Positions 9,093 to 16,828 of a DNA stretch of 57,135 nt are shown piece by piece. The first letter of the stretch is position 1. Every line of letters begins with the position of its first letter. The stretch lies in assembly GCA_963533645.1 (NCBI GenBank), contig CAUSQY010000001.1:1-57135 (forward strand). The letters are read 5' to 3'. A program made the translations under genes and the position numbers. Below the pieces are notes generated by a model. The model had not been told where the DNA came from, did no database searches, and worked only from the letters and a program-made list of their open reading frames with translations. The DNA is from an uncultured Streptococcus sp. GTDB taxonomy: Bacteria > Bacillota > Bacilli > Lactobacillales > Streptococcaceae.

Positions 9093-9974
9093 TCACGTTC
9101 TCTCTTCCTGCAACTGTCCACTTTTAACCAGCTTTTTATAGTATCGTTTGCTGTACCATTCTTGGTCTGATATCTTTAAATAAACCTTATACTCTTCTGG
9201 GTATTTGTGGATATAGTAGGCTTGAAAGATATGGACATTGATCATAAAGGCGATAAAATGAGCTCCAATAACAAACCAAATCGGCAAAAACAAGCCTAAA
9301 ATGTAGAAATACCACTGAAGAGGGACTTGATATAGCAGATGATAGGCCAGCGACACTGGAAAGAGAACTGCCGTGGTTCCAGCGAGAATCCTGACTAGCT
9401 GCCTGAGGATTGACTTTTCCTCTTGATCATTTAGTCTGCGCTTGAGATTCTGGATACTATTGAGAATAATCCAGAAAAAGAGAGCCATACCTATCCCAAG
9501 CTCAAGCCAGAAGCCCAGCCATGTATAAGCATCATAGGCCACTGCACTGGCAAAGTACAGTCCTGATATGAAAGCGCAAATGGACATGGCAAAGTAGAAG
9601 GGAAAGTAGGTCCAAAGTTGGCTAGTCAAACGTTTTTTGGGCCAAAAAACAAGCACCATTCCTAGATAGGATATCACATATACCGTCAGATTAAAGGGCT
9701 TTAGAAAGCTACTCATGTTATGAATCAGCAATCCTGCTTCTAGGGAAATGACCTGAACATCACTATCTACACCTATAAACTCTGGTATCCCGATTAATAC
9801 GCCATAGATCAGAATCCCTAAAAAGCAAAATCCAAGAATAATCACTGTAAAGAGGCGGTTGATGATACCCATATGAATGGGATTGGGCATACCTGCTGTG
9901 AGGGCAAAATCCCCCTGGGTCACAATGCGCTTACTTCTTTCAAAGTCGGCACCGAAAATACGGATGTCTTTCAT
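9093..9974 (-). CDS. multi-pass membrane protein, putative immunity protein
   Basis: About 6 hydrophobic segments; C-terminal YYIHKYPEEYK..LKISDQEWY motif; array context. Confidence 0.55.
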   Translation of the reverse strand: MKDIRIFGADFERSKRIVTQGDFALTAGMPNPIHMGIINRLFTVIILGFCFLGILIYGVLIGIPEFIGVDSDVQVISLEAGLLIHNMSSFLKPFNLTVYVISYLGMVLVFWPKKRLTSQLWTYFPFYFAMSICAFISGLYFASAVAYDAYTWLGFWLELGIGMALFFWIILNSIQNLKRRLNDQEEKSILRQLVRILAGTTAVLFPVSLAYHLLYQVPLQWYFYILGLFLPIWFVIGAHFIAFMINVHIFQAYYIHKYPEEYKVYLKISDQEWYSKRYYKKLVKSGQLQEERT

Positions 9975-10127
9975 TTTTCATCTCCAAACTTCATCTGGCA
10001 GAACGCCGTATATTCTTGAGAATCTTCCATTTGAGGAGGTCACCACATAGCAACTATCGTAGCAGCTACACCTCGCTTCGTTAAAGATACAGCACTCACT
10101 TTCTGGGATTTGACTCTTCCCTAACAT

Positions 10128-10799
10128 CTAGTTACACGTTTCGCTCTCCGGTTCTTTCTTGAACAAGATTTTCCCTTGGCTATAGAGCTTCATAATCTTT
10201 ACAAAACGAACGGGATTGTTTTGGTTGTACAACAAAAAGAGCACGAAAAACATTATACCTGCTCCCCAAAAATCATAGCCGCGTTCGATCGGTTGCCCAA
10301 ATTTTTGAGTACAGTCGTAAAAAACATACAAAAAATAGATAACAAAGGCAAGTATGATGTAACGAGTGATTCGATAGATCGTAGCAGATGCCTCAGCTGG
10401 ATCAAAGTGTTCGTCCCTCACCATCAAATTATGTGACACTGCATAGTAAAAGACCTTCTCCGTTGTTGGCTGAGCCTTGCGCACATTTTTATAAAGTCCT
10501 CGCTCAAGAATTGCGGTAAACAATAGAAACTCAGCCAACCACAATAGTAACACATAGCTCAAACTGGTCCAATTATAGACACCAATATCCAAGGCTGAAA
10601 GGAGGCCATAGAGACCAGGTCCACCTGCCATCAGAAAAATAACCATTTCAGGAATGTAAGCATTGGTCTTATAAGCACCTTCCGTATTGAGTAAAACACT
10701 CTTTGGAGCAGCCAAGGCCTCCCCAGTCTTTTGGTCATAGTAAACCGCCTGACCATTGCATTCTCCGATAAAAACCCGACGACGTCTCAGAAAAAACAT
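10128..10799 (-). CDS. 4-TM membrane protein, paralogue of 10839-11585
   Basis: Shared motifs MF..RRR.F, A.YYD.KT.E.L.APKS.LL.TE, ER.LY.NV and LYNQNN. Confidence 0.65.
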   Translation of the reverse strand: MFFLRRRRVFIGECNGQAVYYDQKTGEALAAPKSVLLNTEGAYKTNAYIPEMVIFLMAGGPGLYGLLSALDIGVYNWTSLSYVLLLWLAEFLLFTAILERGLYKNVRKAQPTTEKVFYYAVSHNLMVRDEHFDPAEASATIYRITRYIILAFVIYFLYVFYDCTQKFGQPIERGYDFWGAGIMFFVLFLLYNQNNPVRFVKIMKLYSQGKILFKKEPESETCN

Positions 10800-10838
10800 A
10801 CTCTACCTCTTTCTATCTCATTCTTTCAAAAAAAGATC

Positions 10839-11585
10839 TTAGTCCTTCTTCACTTCCTTGATAACAAATTCTTCATCCGTCCCCATACTCACTTCCAGAT
10901 AGACATCTGGATTGTCATCCGCTCGGCAGATGAGGCTCAGTTTTCTAGCATAAAAGCGGTCCAGGATATCAAATATTCTGGGTAAATTGTTTTGGTTATA
11001 AAGAACAAATGTCAATCCTAATAAAAGTCCTGTTAGGATAATCTTGATAATCTCTCCTCCGATGGGAGTGCCCAACCTCTCTTGGTAATTCCAAATAAAA
11101 TTATAGGCATAGAAAAATCCAACCAAGGGAACCAGAGAAAGCAATGCTCTTATCCAGCGAGTAGCGTTGCGACTATCTTTTTCACTCATCTCTGCCTCAG
11201 CTTCCTTTGTTTCCTCTGACTTTTCCATAAGCGCCAGACAAATAGTTTGAGTAGTCACCTGAGCTCTGTTGACATTTCGATACAAGGCGCGTTCAACAAG
11301 GATGGTGATGAAAGCAAACTGCCCTAACCAAATGAGAAGAACACTCCAGAAGGTAGACATGGTATAGGTTCCTTGTATAAACAAGCGGAAGAAGGAAATC
11401 AACCCACTACCACTTGATAACAAGAGGACTACCATTAGGGGGATATGGCGATTCATCTTGCTAGACTTTTCTGTATCCAAGAGCTTGCTCTTTGGTGCCT
11501 CCAAAAGTTCATGGGTTTTGCGATCATAATAGATCGCTTTATCATAGTATTGGTTAAAAAATATCCGACGTCTTCCTAAAAACAT
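10839..11585 (-). CDS. 4-TM membrane protein, paralogue of 10128-10799
   Basis: Same motifs as the adjacent gene; purine-rich RBS. Confidence 0.65.
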   Translation of the reverse strand: MFLGRRRIFFNQYYDKAIYYDRKTHELLEAPKSKLLDTEKSSKMNRHIPLMVVLLLSSGSGLISFFRLFIQGTYTMSTFWSVLLIWLGQFAFITILVERALYRNVNRAQVTTQTICLALMEKSEETKEAEAEMSEKDSRNATRWIRALLSLVPLVGFFYAYNFIWNYQERLGTPIGGEIIKIILTGLLLGLTFVLYNQNNLPRIFDILDRFYARKLSLICRADDNPDVYLEVSMGTDEEFVIKEVKKD

Positions 11586-11690
11586 CTCTTTCTCTTTCTA
11601 GTTTCTTTCAGGAAAAGGCGCACATTTCTGACCTTTCCCTTTTGACTTGCATGAAATCAGTCTCTTATCCCATAGATAAACTGTCCTACT

Positions 11691-11699
11691 AGTATACCA
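11691..11699 (-). promoter_or_regulatory. extended -10 (TGGTATACT), internal promoter of the array
   Basis: ctagtatacca repeat shared with 8434-8444, likewise downstream of a hairpin. Confidence 0.55.
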
Positions 11700-11731
11700 T
11701 AAACCCTATGGACTAGCGTTTGGAAAACAAT

Positions 11732-11758
11732 AAAAGACCACCTCGAGGGGGGCCGTTT
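11732..11758 (-). terminator. imperfect Rho-independent terminator
   Basis: GC-rich imperfect hairpin plus U-run just after the DUF600 copy B stop. Confidence 0.5.
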
Positions 11759-11768
11759 ATCCAAGAAA

Positions 11769-12254
11769 CTAGTTCCCATTATGTTCCTTCTGAAAGGATT
11801 CCATAGCTTTGAACTGTTCTAGTTCTTCTTCATTAGCTGGCTGCTTGCCAAGGTATTTGTATTCAAAAAAATCCATTTGTTGGCCTGAGGTAAACCCACT
11901 CTCGAACCAAGGTGCGTAGTCAAATGTAGCAGTCAATTTTGTACCAATAATCTTTATAACACATGTTGTCCATTAAGCCTGCTCTTCATTTTTAAAGATT
12001 TCCCTCAATTCCCAAGCTAATTTGAAGGTGCGTCTTTCATTTTCTCTAAATTCTGAATTAGGCAACTTATACTTCTTGGGAATAAAAAGATTATAAATAT
12101 AGTCACTTTTTCCTTCTTCGTTGAAGAAATAGTAGACTTCTCCACCATCAAAAGTCAGGGTAATATTAATAAAAAGATTTTCCCAAGCTACAGGTATAGT
12201 CTTATGGACACTCTGAGCAATTTCCATCACTTTCTCATTAATCTGTTGTTCCAT
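11769..12254 (-). pseudogene. DUF600 immunity gene copy B with in-frame nonsense codon
   Basis: TAA at 11973-11975; the frame continues WTTCVIKIIGTKLTATFDYAPWFESGFTSGQQMDFFEYKYLGKQPANEEELEQFKAMESFQKEHNGN to TAG at 11769; 486 nt like copies A and C. Confidence 0.88.
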
Positions 12255-12308
12255 ATGTTCCTCCAATTTGGTTTATACATTTCAGGACAAGCATGGGATC
12301 TAGACATC

Positions 12309-12968
12309 CTAATCTTCCTTGAGTTTTTCTTTACAATAATCAACGATATATTCATTAATCCATTTACTCTTATTTTGGAATTTTCCAAGTTTATGCTTTG
12401 CGATCAAGCCTTCAGCCTTTTGGAGTGCCTCTGCATACTGCTTCCGGTGGATCATTAACAGCATTCCCATCAAGTCATGGCAGGCAGGATTTGGCGAATT
12501 TTCGATTGCATAAGCGTAAAAATCTTCAAAAGTTGGGAAGCTATTTATAAGTTTTACAACTTCTTCATGCACTTCTGAGAGCACTTCGAAAACTTTGGTT
12601 TCAACCTTTTCTAAGTCAAGATCCTCCATCGTCCAGTCTTCTTCGGCGATCTTAGTTGGTAACGTAAAGGTATCTACTGTAAAAGCCCCAACCGCTCGAA
12701 GACTCATAGGTGCTTGAGAATTACTCGCCATATCAAAGACCTCCCAAAAAATATCATCAATGATATAGGGTTTGATATAAGGACGAATGATTAGACGAAA
12801 CTTATTATTGGGGAAATTAATATCAATCATATACGAAACTAAATAGTCTCCCACTTTGTTGAAATAGGCCCAATCACGAGACTTTAATTGTAATTTTTTT
12901 GCTGCATTGCGCTGAACTTTTTTCAATTCTTTTTTTAGTTGTTTATCTATTTTTGAAAATTTCACCAT
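12309..12968 (-). CDS. hypothetical soluble protein, putative immunity protein
   Basis: 219-aa ORF with GAGGT RBS; function inferred from context only. Confidence 0.5.
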   Translation of the reverse strand: MVKFSKIDKQLKKELKKVQRNAAKKLQLKSRDWAYFNKVGDYLVSYMIDINFPNNKFRLIIRPYIKPYIIDDIFWEVFDMASNSQAPMSLRAVGAFTVDTFTLPTKIAEEDWTMEDLDLEKVETKVFEVLSEVHEEVVKLINSFPTFEDFYAYAIENSPNPACHDLMGMLLMIHRKQYAEALQKAEGLIAKHKLGKFQNKSKWINEYIVDYCKEKLKED

Positions 12969-13012
12969 TGAATTACCTCACTAATCTGGTCTTTTTCCTC
13001 TTATCCAATAAA

Positions 13013-13498
13013 CTAGTTCCCATTATGTTCCTGCTGGAAGGCTTCCATGGCCTTGAACTGTTCTAGTTCTTTTTCGTTTCTTGGTTCAAATCCTAGAAAT
13101 TGATATCTGAAAAAGTTCATTCGAGCAGTTGGCCCAAAATTACTTTTCAACCATGGAGCATAGTCATATTCTACTGAAAGCTTGTTATTTTCATCCAAAT
13201 GGATAATACAAATATACCAATCTGCCAAGTCATTTTCAATAAACACTCTTTTCAGATCTTCTGATTTATCAAATAATATATCACTTTGGTTAAATACTTC
13301 ATCCTGCGATAACCCAAAATCTCTGGGAAGGTATAAATTATAATGATATTCACCTTCATACTTAAAATAAAAATATGCACTTCCACTATATGTCTTATCC
13401 ATCTCGATTACAATATACAAATCATCCCACTCAACTGGAATCATATCGTTGACTTGATGCACGATTTCGATAATTTTTTCATTAATCTGTTGTTCCAT
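13013..13498 (-). CDS. DUF600/TIGR01741 (EsaG/YezG-like) immunity protein, copy C
   Basis: Same motifs as copy A; 161 aa; near-identical 5' and 3' DNA. Confidence 0.85.
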   Translation of the reverse strand: MEQQINEKIIEIVHQVNDMIPVEWDDLYIVIEMDKTYSGSAYFYFKYEGEYHYNLYLPRDFGLSQDEVFNQSDILFDKSEDLKRVFIENDLADWYICIIHLDENNKLSVEYDYAPWLKSNFGPTARMNFFRYQFLGFEPRNEKELEQFKAMEAFQQEHNGN

Positions 13499-13566
13499 AT
13501 TTCCCTCCGGTTTAGATGTATTTTCCCCGTCTCTAGTATCCTTTATCTGTGAATGGTGCCTCGTTC

Positions 13567-13788
13567 TTACTGATAGGTCACTATCATAAAAACAAGGAGC
13601 AAGACAAACAAGGCTAAGCTAATCAAGAGGGTCACCATTTTTACCAAGCGGTTATTCTGCCAGTAGCCTGGTTTTCCGATATTGCTGGTCGCATCCATGG
13701 AAAAGAGTTGGCTTTGGCGAGGTTGGATGAGAACCAGGATAATCAAGGCGACGGCTAGGATTATTCCTATAATCATCAAAATTTCCAT
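13567..13788 (-). CDS. asp5: accessory Sec protein Asp5 (SecG-like)
   Basis: Two TMs with IQPRQSQLFSMDATSNIGKP; last gene of the accessory Sec locus. Confidence 0.85.
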   Translation of the reverse strand: MEILMIIGIILAVALIILVLIQPRQSQLFSMDATSNIGKPGYWQNNRLVKMVTLLISLALFVLLLVFMIVTYQ

Positions 13789-13793
13789 CAATT

Positions 13794-13973
13794 TCACCTC
13801 AAGATTCCTAATAGTGTAAAGATCAGGGTAAGTAGGATGAGCAAGCCGAGTAAAATGGAGAAGGTTTTACTGATCTTTTCTCCTCGGCTAGGCTTTTCTT
13901 TCTTAAGCGCTCCTTGCTTTAACTCTTCCATTCGTCCTTCGACATCCTTGTAAAATAAATCTTTTTTAGTCAT
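13794..13973 (-). CDS. asp4: accessory Sec protein Asp4 (SecE-like)
   Basis: 59-aa ORF absent from the track: MTKKDLFYKDVEGRMEELKQ..GEKISKTFSILLGLLILLTLIFTLLGILR; overlaps the gtfB stop. Confidence 0.85.
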   Translation of the reverse strand: MTKKDLFYKDVEGRMEELKQGALKKEKPSRGEKISKTFSILLGLLILLTLIFTLLGILR

Positions 13974-15312
13974 GTCCTTCCCCTATTATCCTTTCCATCC
14001 TCTCTTGGTAAGTAGCCAAGTCCACATAGTTGGCATGGCGGCCTTGATGTCCAAGGGCTCGGCCCATCTTGTCAAGACTGCTGAGAGCTTCTTGAATCTT
14101 CGCAATCATGTCTCCAACAGCCTGCACATCAAAGAGGTGTTCTGGAGCTGTGTAAGGTCTGTTATGAGCTGTCTGGTCAAAGGCTAGGATGAGCATATTG
14201 TGCTCGAAGGCTTGACGGACAGCATCCAAAAGCTCGTTTCCGTAATTGATATCCAGATAGAGATCCGACAGCTGGTAGAGTTCTCGAATCTTTTGCGGAC
14301 TGGCGTTTTGGTAGAGAACGACATTGGGATAGGAAAGCAAGGTCAGCAACTTGGACGACATCTCAGTCACTGCCGCGATTCGGAAGGTCACCATTGGCAA
14401 GGACTCAATCAGGGTTTCGATATGCTCGATCTGATCTGAGTTGGTAACGATCAAGGCATCTGGTCGAACGAAGTTTTCTCTCTTAAATTGATAATGATAA
14501 CCTAGATGGACAAACTTGTCATGATAGGCTGGATTGGCCAAGGCCAAGGCTTGTTCATAGGTAGCCTTGTCTGGTATGAGGATCTGCTTGGCTCTCAGCT
14601 CCTCTTGCTCCAGTAGCAACTGCATATTACCAGGAAGACAATCATCTAGCGGTTCTTGCCAGACTAAGATATCCTGTCCACTCTTGTCTGGATAATGGTA
14701 TGAGACCAAGAAAGAGGTGGCTAGAGTGTTAAAGACAAGGTGGCGAGTGTCGATTCCTAAGTCTTGCAAAAAGAAAATCGTGAACTCTACTCGATTTTTA
14801 AAATGGCGCAGAGCTTGTCCAGGCAAGGTTAGGAGAATATCGCCTGTCACATGGTTTTCCAGTAGGATCTCCTGTCCCTTTGCATCCTGGTACTTGGTCA
14901 GGATAGCCTGCCCATCTGCACTATAGGTGGTCTTGGCAAAGCAGGTTCCGTATCGGTTATAGTGGTCTGCTTGGTAGATACGGCCGGATAGGTCCTTCCA
15001 GTCGACTTGCTTGACCAAACGGGCCTGAGGAGCCTCCACATAGTGAATCACGCCCCTCTCCCGAGAATCCTCTAGGATATGCGCCGACTGGTTATTGCCC
15101 GCAATCTCCCAAAATTCAGGTACGGCTACTTGATTGAAATAAAGAGCTTTTCCCGAATTGTAACCTAGATAGTAGGTAAAGGGAGAGAGAATCCCATCTG
15201 GGAGAAATCCATCTGGTTCGATCACAACTGTGGCATGGGATAGACCAGCAGCTTCTAAACTTTCGTGCAAATCGCGGCTTTCCTGGCCATAACGATCAAA
15301 TAGTTGAATCAT
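13966..15312 (-). CDS. gtfB: accessory Sec glycosylation chaperone GtfB (Gtf2)
   Basis: MIQLFD.Y..ES.DL..SL, DGFLPD...SPF, F.IAA.TEMS.KL, YLDIN motifs. Confidence 0.93.
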   Translation of the reverse strand: MIQLFDRYGQESRDLHESLEAAGLSHATVVIEPDGFLPDGILSPFTYYLGYNSGKALYFNQVAVPEFWEIAGNNQSAHILEDSRERGVIHYVEAPQARLVKQVDWKDLSGRIYQADHYNRYGTCFAKTTYSADGQAILTKYQDAKGQEILLENHVTGDILLTLPGQALRHFKNRVEFTIFFLQDLGIDTRHLVFNTLATSFLVSYHYPDKSGQDILVWQEPLDDCLPGNMQLLLEQEELRAKQILIPDKATYEQALALANPAYHDKFVHLGYHYQFKRENFVRPDALIVTNSDQIEHIETLIESLPMVTFRIAAVTEMSSKLLTLLSYPNVVLYQNASPQKIRELYQLSDLYLDINYGNELLDAVRQAFEHNMLILAFDQTAHNRPYTAPEHLFDVQAVGDMIAKIQEALSSLDKMGRALGHQGRHANYVDLATYQERMERIIGEGHD

Positions 15313-16816
15313 GCAGGACCTCCTCTATCGTTTTCTTCCACTTGTCCCTTACCTTATCTGTTAAAAATTCTCTAGCTAGGTCATAAGATGCTGTTCGCAT
15401 AGCTGGCAAATGATTTTCCTGATAGAGCTGGCAGATCTTTTCCGCGAAGGCCCTTTTAATCGCCGTTTCAACATGGTCATCCGAACTTGGAATCAAGTAG
15501 CCATTTTGACCGTCCTGGATAAAGGTCTGGTTGCCATAAGGCACATCAAAGCCAATCAGGGGCAAGCCTGAACCAACTGCCTCCATCAAGGTCAGACCAA
15601 AGCCTTCGCTGGTTGAGGCTGTCAGATAGACCTCATACTGGGGATAGATCTGAGCCAGGTCTGCATGCCCTTTGAGCTGGATATAGTTCTCCGCTTGGTG
15701 AGCCGTGATGATTTCCCTTAAAAGGGACTCCTCACCCCCACTGCCATAAATGTCAAAGGTGAGCTCTGGAAGGACTTGATGCGCCTGGATAACCGCCTTG
15801 ACGAGCCAGTCGATGTGTTTTTCCTTGGCCAGACGCGAAGCGGTAATGAGAGAAAAGGGCTTGCGTTCCCTAGCAGGCTCCGTCAGATGATCAATGCTCC
15901 CAACCGGAATCGTGACGATTCGTGGACGATGCTGACTGTACTGGGCAAATTGACCTTCGAGAACTTCCTTCTGCCGATCCGTAGACACGATAAAACAATC
16001 GACCTTGTCCGCATTTGTAAACTGATACTCATAGTAGTTATTCCAGAGGAGATAGTCTTCGTTACTAGCATTTTCACTATAGTGCTCTGCGTGGACGACA
16101 ACTGCTAGATGGGCCTTTTGTGCTTCTTCAAAAACAGCCTGACCAATCCCTGTTTCCCTATCCAAGATGACCAAATCAGACTTGCTCAAGTTCAAACTTT
16201 GCATAAAATAGCGCATAAGGGCTGGTTTCCCGTACAGAATCCGGTCCTTAAATCGATAGACCTCTTCCTGGCCTTCAGTCAGCAAGATATCGTAAGCGTT
16301 GCTACCATCTTCATTGAAAAAGCTTCGTTGATAGAGTCTAGCCACTTGGTCTTTGGGCGCGAAATATTCTGTACAGTAGCGTGTGTAGGAGAAATAATCC
16401 TTGCGAATCAAGTTCCCCCCAAATACATACTCTGCATGTTGTACTAGATTCTTAGCCGAGTCTACCAAGTAGCAGGTCACAAACTTGTTCTCGTCAGAAA
16501 AGTAGACACGCAAAATCTTGCCATCCTGCTCCCTATGACTCTCAAGGCCACCGAAAGAGGCTAAGACCTCATCAACTGTAACACTGGTCGGTGCTAGCCT
16601 GATATCTGTAAAATGATTGTAAAGCCAGATTACCTGATCATCCGCAAAGCCGATATTGGCCGTTAAATGCTGAATATTGTCCGCTAAAATCAAGTCTGTA
16701 AAGATAAACTTAGATGCTAGGTCTAAACTTCTAAAAATCCCTGCTCGGTAGGCCTGAGCATATTCGACACCGCTGCTCGCCCAACCGATTCCTAGATTTA
16801 TATTGTAAATTGTCAT
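15296..16816 (-). CDS. gtfA: accessory Sec O-GlcNAc transferase GtfA (Gtf1)
   Basis: MTIYNINLGIGWASSGVEYAQAYR, SRLAKEKH, SEGFGLTLMEA motifs. Confidence 0.96.
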   Translation of the reverse strand: MTIYNINLGIGWASSGVEYAQAYRAGIFRSLDLASKFIFTDLILADNIQHLTANIGFADDQVIWLYNHFTDIRLAPTSVTVDEVLASFGGLESHREQDGKILRVYFSDENKFVTCYLVDSAKNLVQHAEYVFGGNLIRKDYFSYTRYCTEYFAPKDQVARLYQRSFFNEDGSNAYDILLTEGQEEVYRFKDRILYGKPALMRYFMQSLNLSKSDLVILDRETGIGQAVFEEAQKAHLAVVVHAEHYSENASNEDYLLWNNYYEYQFTNADKVDCFIVSTDRQKEVLEGQFAQYSQHRPRIVTIPVGSIDHLTEPARERKPFSLITASRLAKEKHIDWLVKAVIQAHQVLPELTFDIYGSGGEESLLREIITAHQAENYIQLKGHADLAQIYPQYEVYLTASTSEGFGLTLMEAVGSGLPLIGFDVPYGNQTFIQDGQNGYLIPSSDDHVETAIKRAFAEKICQLYQENHLPAMRTASYDLAREFLTDKVRDKWKKTIEEVLHDSTI

Positions 16817-16828
16817 ATGATCCTCTTT

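Noticed and set aside
11973..11975. Programmed readthrough or selenocysteine at the internal stop
   Set aside because: The codon is TAA with no recoding signal; a simple nonsense mutation is more likely
6704..13498. Prophage, ICE or integron interpretation of the array
   Set aside because: No integrase, transposase, phage genes, att repeats or regular attC-like sites are visible
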